From contig CAZBGS010000001.1 in the NCBI GenBank assembly GCA_964491785.1, positions 232,661-296,660 on the forward strand: a stretch of DNA of 64,000 nucleotides. The letters run 5' to 3'. A model generated the notes under the pieces. The model was not told the origin of the DNA. It searched no databases and was given only the letters and a program-made list of their open reading frames with translations. Source of the DNA: an uncultured Pseudobdellovibrionaceae bacterium (GTDB taxonomy: Bacteria > Pseudomonadota > Alphaproteobacteria > Micavibrionales > Micavibrionaceae). Both the position numbers and the translations under genes were made by a program. Below are positions 1-8,726 of this stretch, in pieces. Each line of letters begins with the position of its first letter. Positions within the stretch are counted from its first letter, which is position 1.

Positions 1-344
1 AAATCTTACAAGTAATTTTAGCAAAGTTACTTTGCTATAAGGACTGCATAAATAGATCCTTTTAAAAATTCCCTTTTTCGGGGAAAACCTTATTCTTTTA
101 AATACAAAAAAAATGCTTTTGTTATTGTTTTTGGCGATGAATATATTCAATTCTTGATATTAAATTAATTTTTACTTATGAAACTCCCCGCAAGTCTCAT
201 TAAAACTAAAAAATGTAAATTTTGCTCTTGCATTGGTTCTGGAGATGGGGTAAATATTTATACACACACCCTCTATTACCGCCGTTTGTCCGGAGATCCG
301 AAAAGGTCTCCGGACCTTTTTTCTTTTTTTGCCGCAGGGGAAAA

Positions 345-421
345 TGGCGCGCCCGACAGGACTCGAACCTGTAACCGTCCGCTTAGAAGGCGGGTGCTCT
401 ATCCATTGAGCTACGGGCGCC
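345..421 (-). tRNA. tRNA-Arg (anticodon TCT)
   Basis: The reverse complement reads GCGCCCGTAGCTCAATGGATAGAGCACCCGCCTTCTAAGCGGACGG..TTCGAGTCCTGTCGGGCGCGCCA. It folds as a cloverleaf with a 7-bp acceptor stem, GCTC/GAGC D-stem, anticodon loop CTTCTAA, and encoded CCA. Confidence 0.85.
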
Positions 422-482
422 GGATCGTCGAGTTTGTTATAAGGGACAGGCAGATGAAAAAGCAACCGCCTTTGCATATATT

Positions 483-776
483 TTATACAGTTTGCAGGAA
501 ATGGCGAAAGTTATCTGTATAATTTCTTGGTACAATTTTTCTCGGGCTATGGCCGACAATCTCGTATTCCAGACCTTCCCTTCGAGCAAAAGCGGTCGCG
601 TCTTCAAGCTTTCGGAAATGCATCTTTACCTGGTTGTATGTATCGCCAGAGCCAAGCCATCCCATCAGCGGTTCCGGGAATCTTCCAGTAACCGGGATAT
701 ACTCCAGAACCCATCCTCGGTCTGTTCTGCCCGATTGCATGGGATTTTTGGCTGGCTTTGAAATGATTGCCTTCAT
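483..776 (-). CDS. NDUFS4-like complex I subunit family protein (PF04800-like, ~97 aa)
   Basis: The 97-aa ORF has the motif pattern typical of the small alphaproteobacterial NDUFS4-like proteins: MQSGRT...WVLEY, PLMGWLGSGDT, QVKMHF, and a C-terminal YEI. Confidence 0.55.
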   Translation of the reverse strand: MKAIISKPAKNPMQSGRTDRGWVLEYIPVTGRFPEPLMGWLGSGDTYNQVKMHFRKLEDATAFARREGLEYEIVGHSPRKIVPRNYTDNFRHFLQTV

Positions 777-1066
777 ATAAAATTATTTAGATCGATAATC
801 ATTCTTTTTCAGTTACTCGCAGCACGGATGTGCGGTTCATCGGTCATTTATAAAAATAGTACCCATTGTGTAGCAAGCTGCCAATTCGGTTGGGGGGATG
901 CTTTGGATCAGGTAAACGTAATTCATGGTTCTGTGGCTCTCCTCCGCTTTCGCTCCTCCGCAAAGCTTCGGAGCGCAGCCTCCGCCCTAACGGTTCCGTC
1001 CGTCTTCCGTCCCCTCCGCTTAAGCTCCGGCGGCGTAAGCCAGCCGAAGCCCGTAAGGGCGTAGGC

Positions 1067-1142
1067 TGGTCGGGGTGGAGGGATTCGAACCCCCGGCATC
1101 CTGCTCCCAAAGCAGGCGCGCTACCAGGCTGCGCTACACCCC
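1067..1142 (-). tRNA. tRNA-Pro (anticodon TGG)
   Basis: The reverse complement reads CGGGGTGTAGCGCAGCCTGGTAGCGCGCCTGCTTTGGGAGCAGG...GGTTCGAATCC.CCACCCCGACCA. The anticodon loop is TTTGGGA and CCA is encoded. Confidence 0.85.
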
Positions 1143-1171
1143 GTGGCCGTTTTGATTTACATGATAACTTG

Positions 1172-1636
1172 TCAGGGAGCAAGAACATTACCAAATAATT
1201 CATGGCGGACGGTATCCCCCGGCGCTATGCCGAGCTTGCGGGACTGGCCGCCGTTGATTTCCAGGACTGCGGCCACCGGCTCGCCCGAAGATATGGAAGT
1301 CAGGTCATGGGGCATCGCGTTCTCGTGAATTTTAACGATACGTCCATTTTGCCTGATAAAAATCATATCAAGGGGAATCAGGGTATTCTTCATCCAGAAG
1401 CCTGTCAGTTGCTCCTCCCCGAAAAAAAAGAGCATGCCCTTATCTTCGGGAAGGTTTTCGACGAACATCAGGCCTTGGGCTCTTTGCTCGGGGGTTAAGG
1501 CCAGATCGATATTGAAGTCTAATTGCCGTCCGTCGGAAGTGGATATCAGAAGAGAACCGTCCCCGCCCCTGCTTTCAGCCCGGGCGGGGAATGATATGGT
1601 AACCAGGAATAATGACAGAACCAACAATCTGAACAT
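1172..1636 (-). CDS. DUF192 (COG1430) family secreted protein
   Basis: An N-terminal signal peptide (MFRLLVLSLFLVTISFPARA) is followed by a conserved IPLDMIFI core typical of DUF192. Confidence 0.5.
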   Translation of the reverse strand: MFRLLVLSLFLVTISFPARAESRGGDGSLLISTSDGRQLDFNIDLALTPEQRAQGLMFVENLPEDKGMLFFFGEEQLTGFWMKNTLIPLDMIFIRQNGRIVKIHENAMPHDLTSISSGEPVAAVLEINGGQSRKLGIAPGDTVRHELFGNVLAP

Positions 1637-1672
1637 ATCTCTTCCCAGTAATTATTTTTCCAGCGCCCTTAA

Positions 1673-3067
1673 TCAGTGAACCGGGGCGGCGAAGAAATCG
1701 AAGAAAACCCACATGACCACCGAGGATACCGCCAATGTGAGAATCATAGCAGGGGTTCCTTTTCTGATCCAGAGGCCCGGAGTAATTGCCAGATCAGGGT
1801 TCTTTTCGTTCTTGGCCAGACGCTCGGATATGGTGACGATAAAGACGTTCGCCGTCGACCCCAAATGAGAGCCGTTACCGCCCATGCCCACGCCAATTGC
1901 GAGCGACCACCATAGCGGGGCGACGTTGATTCCCTGCGTTTCCATGCTCAGGATGATCGGGATCATCGCCGCGGTGAACGGGATGTTGTCGATCAGAGCG
2001 GAAAGCACTGCCGCCACCCACATCAGCAGGATGCATGAAAGCAGCAGATCCTGCTCGACGAAAGGCTGAAGATGGGCGCCCAGCCACATCAAGAACTGGC
2101 TATGTTCCACTCCGCCGACGAGAACGAACAGCGAGATGAAGAAAAGCAGTAGCGACAGTTCCACCTGCTCGAGATAGGTGTCGAGAACCAGCTTGTGCGA
2201 GATGACTACCAGAGAGGTCAGTCCAAGAACAGCGACGACCCATGCTTCCCAATGCAACGCTCCGTGGAAAATAAACAGGAGCACCATGCATCCGAGTACT
2301 GCCAGCGCCGTATACCATGTGAATTTGTCCTGGAGTTCCACACTGTCAGCAAACTTCAATTCGGCAGTTTTAACCGAAAGTTCTTTTTTGAAGAGGATTT
2401 TCAGTCCGAAAAGTATTGCTATCCAGGCGCAAAAGACGATTCCGCCCATGCGCAGGAAGAAAGTATTGAAGTCGATCCCGGCCGCCGAGCCGATCATAAG
2501 GTTCGGCGGATCGCCAACGAGAGTCGCCACGCCGCCGGTATCAGACAGGAGCGCCGCCGCCAGAAGATAAGGGATCGGGGAAACGCGCAGCACCTGACAG
2601 ATCAGGATGATCAGCGGGCCGAAGATAACCACAGTTGTGACGTTATCGAGAAGCAGGGAAATAACGGTTACCGCCGTTCCCATAAGCACCATCAGTGGAA
2701 ACTGCTTTCCCTTGCTAACCCTTGCTATCCAGTAGGCAAGAGCCTGAAAACCGCCGGTGGGAACCATTATCGAAACGATCGCCATCATGGCTCCGAGCAG
2801 GAAAACGACGTTCCAGTCAATGGCTTCAATCGCCAGTTCCGGATTATAAAAGCCGAAGATCTGACCGGTAATCACCATTACGGCAGCGCCAAGCATTGCC
2901 ACCTTGGTACGGTGAATATGGTGAACGCCTTCTGTAAAAATCGCGGCGAAGGTAACGGCAAGAATTATCGCCGAAACTATCATCGGGGTGTCCATAATCA
3001 TCTCTGTCAGACCATGCGACGCAGTATCTAGCCCCGCTGCTGCGTGCTGGGTATCTATGTGGTTCAT
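1673..3067 (-). CDS. ArsB/NhaD-superfamily (SLC13-like) anion permease, copy A
   Basis: The 464-aa protein is polytopic and carries the GDPPNLMIGSA signature of the ArsB/NhaD/CitMHS permease superfamily. It is about 85% identical to the ORF at 3744..5126. Confidence 0.7.
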   Translation of the reverse strand: MNHIDTQHAAAGLDTASHGLTEMIMDTPMIVSAIILAVTFAAIFTEGVHHIHRTKVAMLGAAVMVITGQIFGFYNPELAIEAIDWNVVFLLGAMMAIVSIMVPTGGFQALAYWIARVSKGKQFPLMVLMGTAVTVISLLLDNVTTVVIFGPLIILICQVLRVSPIPYLLAAALLSDTGGVATLVGDPPNLMIGSAAGIDFNTFFLRMGGIVFCAWIAILFGLKILFKKELSVKTAELKFADSVELQDKFTWYTALAVLGCMVLLFIFHGALHWEAWVVAVLGLTSLVVISHKLVLDTYLEQVELSLLLFFISLFVLVGGVEHSQFLMWLGAHLQPFVEQDLLLSCILLMWVAAVLSALIDNIPFTAAMIPIILSMETQGINVAPLWWSLAIGVGMGGNGSHLGSTANVFIVTISERLAKNEKNPDLAITPGLWIRKGTPAMILTLAVSSVVMWVFFDFFAAPVH

Positions 3068-3085
3068 TGCATTCGCCTCTGGGAT

Positions 3086-3583
3086 TTAATTATTCAAGTT
3101 TTTTTCTTCTTCGGCAGCCATATCAAGGAGAGCCTTGACTATCGACTGGGAGGAGATTATTCCGGCCATTTTCCTGTTTTCCTGGGATTCGACGACCGCC
3201 AGCGGGGAGTCGTATTTCACCAGCAGTCTGACACCTTCCCAAAGTGGCGTCTCGGGGGTCACAAGACGGAGATCCTTTACCGGTTCCATCACCTCTCCCA
3301 CCTTGACAAGCAACAGCTTGCGCAGTCGTTTGGCTATTCCAGGAGCGGCCCCGACCAGGTAGTCGAGCCTCAAGTCAAGGTTGACGCCATGGTCAACCGT
3401 GACATTTACAGGCAGCAGATTTTGCAAAATGTTCCGTAAGTGGAAAACACCGACGATCTCGTCATTCTCAACTACAGGAACGCCTCTGATATTGTACTCG
3501 TTGAACATAGCGAGCACATCGCCAATGGTCTTATCAGGATCAACCGAAATTACTTTCGTGATCATTGCTCTTTTACAAGGCAT
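3086..3583 (-). CDS. CBS-pair (Bateman domain) protein, copy A
   Basis: The 165-aa protein has two CBS motifs (residues ~6-57 and ~95-153). It lies 18 bp upstream of permease copy A and is about 75% identical to the ORF at 5147..5638. Confidence 0.7.
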   Translation of the reverse strand: MPCKRAMITKVISVDPDKTIGDVLAMFNEYNIRGVPVVENDEIVGVFHLRNILQNLLPVNVTVDHGVNLDLRLDYLVGAAPGIAKRLRKLLLVKVGEVMEPVKDLRLVTPETPLWEGVRLLVKYDSPLAVVESQENRKMAGIISSQSIVKALLDMAAEEEKNLNN

Positions 3584-3743
3584 TTCCCAACCTCTATTAT
3601 CAATGTCTTTACAATTCGGTGGGAACTATGCTCTCGATAATTCAGTTTTTCAACCGAAAACGGACAAAGAATTTCCAAAAACCGCCTTCCCGATACCAAG
3701 GAAAGCGGTTTGCTTAATGATTTCAGTTTATTGCACTGGCGGC

Positions 3744-5126
3744 CTAATGGATCGGAGAGGCAAAAAAGTCGAAAAAGACCCACATGATCAATGACGCCAC
3801 GACGAGCGTTAAAAGCATTGCCGGAGTACCTTTCCTTAACCACAATCCCGGAGTGATCGCCAGATCCGGGTTCATCTCGTTTTTGGCAAGGCGCTCGGAA
3901 ATGGTAACTATGAACACATTGGCGGTTGAACCGATATGCGAGCCGTTACCGCCAAGGCCTACGCCTACCGCCAGCGACCACCAAAGCGGGGTGACGTTGA
4001 TGCCCTGAGCTTCCATGCTCAGGATTATCGGGATCATCGCCGCCGTGAAAGGTATATTGTCAATCAATGCCGACAGCACAGCAGCCACCCACATCAGCAC
4101 AATTGCCGCCATCAACAGGTCGCTTTCGACAAAGGGCCTGATGTGCTGTCCGATCCACATCAGGAACTGGCTGTGCTCCACTCCACCGACAAGTACGAAC
4201 AGCGATACGAAAAATACCAGCAGCGATAGCTCCACTTTTTCAAGGTAATGGTCGAGAACCAGCTTGCGTGAGATTATCACCAGCGCCGTCAGGCCAAGAA
4301 CCGCAACGACCCATGCTTCCCACTCAAGCGCCCTGTGGAAGATAAACAGCAGCACCATACAGGCAAGGATGGCAATAGCGGCAAACCAGGTGAAGGGATC
4401 CTGAAGCTGGACGTCTTCAGCGAATTCCATCTTTTCGGATTTTCCAGACAGTTCTTTTCTGAACAAGACTTTCAAACCAACTATTATCGATAACCAGGCG
4501 CAAAAAACGATCCCGCCCATACGCAGGAAGAAGGTGTTGAAATCGATGTCCGCCGCCGAGCCGATCATCAGGTTTGGCGGGTCGCCGACCAGGGTCGCAA
4601 CGCCGCCGGTATCGGACAGCAGGGCAGCCGCCAGCAGGCTAGGTATCGGGGATATTTTAAGAACCTGACAGATCAATATTATCAGCGGCCCGAAAATGAC
4701 GACCGTCGTCACGTTGTCAAGCAGCAGGGAGAAAACCGTAACGGCCGTACCCATCATGATCATCAGCGCAAGATGGTTCCCCCGGCTCAAGCGCGCTATC
4801 AGGTACGCCACGGCCTGGAAACCTCCGGTGGGTATCATGATGGAAACGATCGCCATCATCGCTCCAAGAAGAAATACCACGTTCCAGTCTATCGCCTCGA
4901 TTGCCAGTTCGGGACTGTAAAAACCGAAAATCTGGCCGCTAATCACCATCATGCCGGCGCCGACCATTGCAACCTTGGTACGATGCATATGGTGCACGCC
5001 TTCGGTAAAGATCGCAGCAAAGGTGAATACCAGTACCAATGCCGACACTATCATTGGAGTATTCATAACTAGTTCCGCAACTCCATCATGAGACACCATC
5101 GCTATTTCGCCATGTGCATTACTCAT
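3744..5126 (-). CDS. ArsB/NhaD-superfamily (SLC13-like) anion permease, copy B
   Basis: The 460-aa paralogue of 1673..3067 shares the GDPPNLMIGSA motif and is collinear along its whole length. Confidence 0.7.
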   Translation of the reverse strand: MSNAHGEIAMVSHDGVAELVMNTPMIVSALVLVFTFAAIFTEGVHHMHRTKVAMVGAGMMVISGQIFGFYSPELAIEAIDWNVVFLLGAMMAIVSIMIPTGGFQAVAYLIARLSRGNHLALMIMMGTAVTVFSLLLDNVTTVVIFGPLIILICQVLKISPIPSLLAAALLSDTGGVATLVGDPPNLMIGSAADIDFNTFFLRMGGIVFCAWLSIIVGLKVLFRKELSGKSEKMEFAEDVQLQDPFTWFAAIAILACMVLLFIFHRALEWEAWVVAVLGLTALVIISRKLVLDHYLEKVELSLLVFFVSLFVLVGGVEHSQFLMWIGQHIRPFVESDLLMAAIVLMWVAAVLSALIDNIPFTAAMIPIILSMEAQGINVTPLWWSLAVGVGLGGNGSHIGSTANVFIVTISERLAKNEMNPDLAITPGLWLRKGTPAMLLTLVVASLIMWVFFDFFASPIH

Positions 5127-5146
5127 TTTTCCGTTTCCTTAAGTTA

Positions 5147-5638
5147 TTATTTCTCGTCGGCCATTTCGAGGAGGGCCTTTACGATGGACTGGGAAGTGAT
5201 GATCCCGGCCAGTTTCGTTCCATGAAGATCCTCTACCACCGCAAGTGGCGTATCGTATTTAACCAGCAGCCTTACGCCCTCCCATAATGGAGTTTCAGGA
5301 GTAACGAACCTTAAGTCCTCGGCCGATTCCATTACGTCGCGAACCTTTACCAGAAGCAGCTTGCGCAGCCTTTTGGCGACATCGGGTTCGACATCGACCA
5401 GATAGTCAAGGCGCAGATCGAGGTTAACACCGCGATCTACGTTGACGTTGACCGGCAACAGATTCTGGAGAAGATTCCGCAGGTGGAAAACGCCCAGTAT
5501 ATTGCCGTTTTCCATTACAGGGACTCCCCTTATTCCATATTCATTGAAGATTTTCAGCGCATCTTCGATTGTCTGTTCTGCCCGGACTGAGATCACATTT
5601 GTGATCATCGCTCTTCTGCATGGCATACTAAACCTCAT
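5147..5638 (-). CDS. CBS-pair (Bateman domain) protein, copy B
   Basis: The 163-aa paralogue of 3086..3583 heads the duplicated module. Confidence 0.7.
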   Translation of the reverse strand: MRFSMPCRRAMITNVISVRAEQTIEDALKIFNEYGIRGVPVMENGNILGVFHLRNLLQNLLPVNVNVDRGVNLDLRLDYLVDVEPDVAKRLRKLLLVKVRDVMESAEDLRFVTPETPLWEGVRLLVKYDTPLAVVEDLHGTKLAGIITSQSIVKALLEMADEK

Positions 5639-5669
5639 ATAATCGGGTAAATTTCGCGAAATATGCTCT

Positions 5670-5722
5670 TAATCGATTACGTTCTCAACTTTATTTTTTT
5701 CTGGTGATTATTTAATCGATTA
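5670..5722. promoter_or_regulatory. Putative operator: two perfect 10-bp palindromes TAATCGATTA spaced 43 bp apart, upstream of the CBS-permease operon
   Basis: TAATCGATTA occurs at 5670-5679 and again at 5713-5722 in the AT-rich spacer immediately 5' of the minus-strand CBS gene start (5638). The flanks are related (tgctcttaatcgattac / tttaatcgattactttgagagca). Confidence 0.4.
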
Positions 5723-5895
5723 CTTTGAGAGCAGAGAAAACACTAAATATTGTAGTAGCCGCATACTTTGAACTATATATCGGGGGATCAATTCCTAAAT
5801 GTGACAGGCGTCCTTTGCCGCGACATTCTGTAGCAGGCGCAGCTTCAGCCAGAGCCTTCTGCGATTAGACTGATTCAAACTGATCGTCCAGTGCT

Positions 5896-7656
5896 CTAAT
5901 CGGAAAGGCTGGTGTGGTGCAGGCGTGCGTAAATACCGTTTGAGGATATAAGCTCCTCATGGTTTCCACGCTCGACTATCTTCCCCTCCCCAAGAACCAG
6001 GATCTGGTCGGCCTTATTGATTGTGGACAGGCGATGGGCGATAACGAGTGTGGTGCGGCCCTTTTGCAGTTCGGCCAGAGTGGCCTGAATTGCGCGTTCG
6101 GATTCGTTATCAAGCGCGGAAGTCGCTTCATCGAGTAGCAAGATCGGTGCATCGCGCAAAATCGCCCGCGCAATTGCGATCCTCTGGCGCTGGCCTCCGG
6201 ATAATAAAACGCCGTCTTCTCCGGTCTTTGTCGCATAACCTTCAGGCAGTTCATTAATGAAGTCATGCGCCGAGGCCGCCTTAGCGGCGGCGATGATTTC
6301 CTGTTCCGATGCCCCGGATCTGCCATAGGCGATGTTGGCGCCTATGGTATCGTCAAATATGGTAATCTCCTGAGAGACCAGAGAAATGTTATTTCGCAGG
6401 CTTTCGAGGGTCACGTCGCGAATATCGGTGCCACCTATCATTACCCTGCCCTCCTGAACGTCATAAAAGCGGGGTATCAGGTTCATCAACGTGGTCTTGC
6501 CGCCGCCGGAAGGGCCGACGAGCGCGGTGACCTTGCCTTGCGGAATGACGCAGGAAACCCTGTCCAGCGCCTTGCGGTTATTCTCGCCCGCATACTGGAA
6601 AGATACGTCTTCGAACACTATCTCAGGCGCCCTGACCTTGAGAACTTGAGCGTCTTTTTTATCCACTATGGCGGGACGGAGATCGAGCATTTCGTAAACC
6701 CTGTCCGCCGCACCCAGGCCCATCTGCAAGGTATTATTAAGGGAGGCCAGTTTCTTCATCGGCTCATAGGCCAGAGTGAAGGCGGTGATGAACGAAATCA
6801 GCGCGCCGGCTGTCGTATTGCCAGCGTGAACCTGAAATCCGCCATAAACGATGATCGCAAAAACCACTATCCCCACGAGAAGTTCGTTGACCGGGGTTGA
6901 AAGCTGCCCTGTGCGAACGGATTTGATCATCAGGTTTTTTACGCATTCCACTGCGGTTGCAGTCCTTTTTCTTTCGTATTCCTCCATTCCATAGGCTTTT
7001 ACAAGCCTGATCCCCTGGAAAATCTGGGAAAGGCGGTCGGACAGGAAGCCCAAATTAATCTGAATATTGCCGGACACTTTTCGCAAACGTCTACCTATCC
7101 AGCCGACAAATCCGGCGGCCAGCGGGAATATCAGAAACGCCGCCAGCGAAAGCTTCCAGTCCTTGGCGAACATTACAGCGATCAGAAAGACCAGGGTCAG
7201 GAAGCTTTTGCCAAAACCGGTCAGGGTATCGGAGACTGCTATCCTCATTACGTTAACGTCGTTGACGACACGGGATACAAGCTGGCCGCTAGGGTTGGCA
7301 TGGAAAAATGTCAGGTCGAGTTCCATAAAGCGGGAAAAAAGGTCGTTCTGGATATCGGCCACTATCGACTGGCCGATTTTATTCATGAGGATTACGTGAA
7401 TATAAGTTGCAATACCGCGCAGAAAAAAGACACCGAAGAAAGCCGACGCTATCGGAAGCACAAGCCGCTGATCATCGCCATAAAGAACATCGTCAAGCAC
7501 AGGCTCGATCAACTGCGCGAAACCCGCCGTGGAAGCCGCAGCTACCAGCATGAAGAAGATGGCCCAGGCCAGATCCACCTTGTATGGCTTCAGGTAATCT
7601 GCCGTCATGCGGCGGAACATCTGAAGTGTGGAAGATTGAAGTCTCAGATTCGGCAT
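5896..7656 (-). CDS. ABC exporter, fused permease/ATPase (MsbA-like)
   Basis: The 586-aa protein has an N-terminal six-TM domain and a C-terminal nucleotide-binding domain with Walker A GPSGGGKTT, signature LSGGQRQRIAIARA, and Walker B ILLLDEATSALD. Confidence 0.85.
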   Translation of the reverse strand: MPNLRLQSSTLQMFRRMTADYLKPYKVDLAWAIFFMLVAAASTAGFAQLIEPVLDDVLYGDDQRLVLPIASAFFGVFFLRGIATYIHVILMNKIGQSIVADIQNDLFSRFMELDLTFFHANPSGQLVSRVVNDVNVMRIAVSDTLTGFGKSFLTLVFLIAVMFAKDWKLSLAAFLIFPLAAGFVGWIGRRLRKVSGNIQINLGFLSDRLSQIFQGIRLVKAYGMEEYERKRTATAVECVKNLMIKSVRTGQLSTPVNELLVGIVVFAIIVYGGFQVHAGNTTAGALISFITAFTLAYEPMKKLASLNNTLQMGLGAADRVYEMLDLRPAIVDKKDAQVLKVRAPEIVFEDVSFQYAGENNRKALDRVSCVIPQGKVTALVGPSGGGKTTLMNLIPRFYDVQEGRVMIGGTDIRDVTLESLRNNISLVSQEITIFDDTIGANIAYGRSGASEQEIIAAAKAASAHDFINELPEGYATKTGEDGVLLSGGQRQRIAIARAILRDAPILLLDEATSALDNESERAIQATLAELQKGRTTLVIAHRLSTINKADQILVLGEGKIVERGNHEELISSNGIYARLHHTSLSD

Positions 7657-7706
7657 CCTGATATAATCAATTAGGAAAGACCTTTTATAAAGGTTATAAA
7701 ATACTA

Positions 7707-8681
7707 ATGTCCAGCGCCCTGAAAGTAACCGTTTTTTTTACGTGCCTTTCCGCTTTTCTGTGGCCTTGCGGAACCGATGCTTTCGCAGAGGCTCCGGCGC
7801 TTCAGTTTCCTGTGGACTGTACACCCGGAGGCGATTGTTTTATCGAAAGTTTTGTCGATGTAGACATCAGAGAAGGATCGGTTGCCGATTACAGATGTTC
7901 CGGACTGGCGGACGATGGTTCGAACGGAATACGGATTACCTTCAGATCATTAAAGGAAAAACACCGTGTCTTTGCCGCTGCCGACGGAGTGGCGGCGCTG
8001 GTGCTTGACGGCGGAAGCGGAGGAAATACGCCTGCCGGCGCTTGCGGGAACGGCGTATTGCTGGTTCATGAAGGTGGCTGGGAGACCCGTTACTGCCATC
8101 TGCTCGCGGGAAGCGCCACGGTGAAGCCGGGTCAGTTCGTTACGAGTGGACAGGTTTTAGGTGTGGCCGGAGATTCAGGGCAGACAGACTGGCCGGCACT
8201 ACATTTTGATTTGCGGAACGGAAACGAGTTTTTCGATCCGTTTACCGGCAGATCTCAGTCGGTCGGATGCGGACTTGGAGGCAGGCCCTTGTGGCAGGAT
8301 GGCAAGGCAATCGACTATCTGCCGTTTGCGGTCATGGATTCCGGATTTGCGGCAGGCGTCCCTTCGGAAGAGGCCCTGAAGAAAGGAGTTGCCAGGCTGG
8401 TAGAGATACCGGGAAGCGTGGGCGAACTGGTTTTCTGGGGTCATTTAACAGGGGTAACAAAAGGAGATATGGTCACCCTGGCCGTTTACGATCCTTTTGG
8501 CACCGAGTTCATGAGCCTTAACGGAATGATAGAGGACAGCCGCAAGCGCAGGATAGCTTTCGTGAAACGGCCACTGGAAAAAGGGAACTGGTCACCCGGG
8601 ATATACAAAGGGTCGATCACAATCTCCCGACCGGGCATCCCGCCGGTCATCAGGACTACAAGCGTTGAGTTGAGGTATTGA
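7707..8681 (+). CDS. M23-family (LytM-like) peptidase, secreted
   Basis: A signal peptide is followed by an M23 core (HEGGWETRYCHL...GDSGQTDWPALHFDLRNG). Confidence 0.7.
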   Translation: MSSALKVTVFFTCLSAFLWPCGTDAFAEAPALQFPVDCTPGGDCFIESFVDVDIREGSVADYRCSGLADDGSNGIRITFRSLKEKHRVFAAADGVAALVLDGGSGGNTPAGACGNGVLLVHEGGWETRYCHLLAGSATVKPGQFVTSGQVLGVAGDSGQTDWPALHFDLRNGNEFFDPFTGRSQSVGCGLGGRPLWQDGKAIDYLPFAVMDSGFAAGVPSEEALKKGVARLVEIPGSVGELVFWGHLTGVTKGDMVTLAVYDPFGTEFMSLNGMIEDSRKRRIAFVKRPLEKGNWSPGIYKGSITISRPGIPPVIRTTSVELRY

Positions 8682-8699
8682 CCTGGATTTTCTCACTGT

Positions 8700-8724
8700 C
8701 TTCCCTCCCGCCGGGAGAGGGAAG
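8700..8724. repeat. Short copy of the dispersed GGGAGAGGG palindromic repeat, between convergent genes (likely bidirectional terminator)
   Basis: The sequence cttccctcccgccgggagagggaag is an inverted repeat sitting between the M23 peptidase stop and the HAD hydrolase stop. Confidence 0.5.
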
Positions 8725-8726
8725 TT

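Noticed and set aside
172-522. ORFs 172..477(-) and 178..522(+) of about 100 aa in the first 500 bp
   Set aside because: They overlap the tRNA-Arg gene on both strands and lie in AT-rich spacer, with no coding signature. They are treated as spurious.
828-1328. ORFs 828..1064, 844..1203, 866..1198 and 1143..1328
   Set aside because: They span the GC-rich repeat tract and the tRNA-Pro gene. The translations are low-complexity (R/S/P/G-rich) and mutually overlapping. They are artefacts of GC-rich non-coding DNA.
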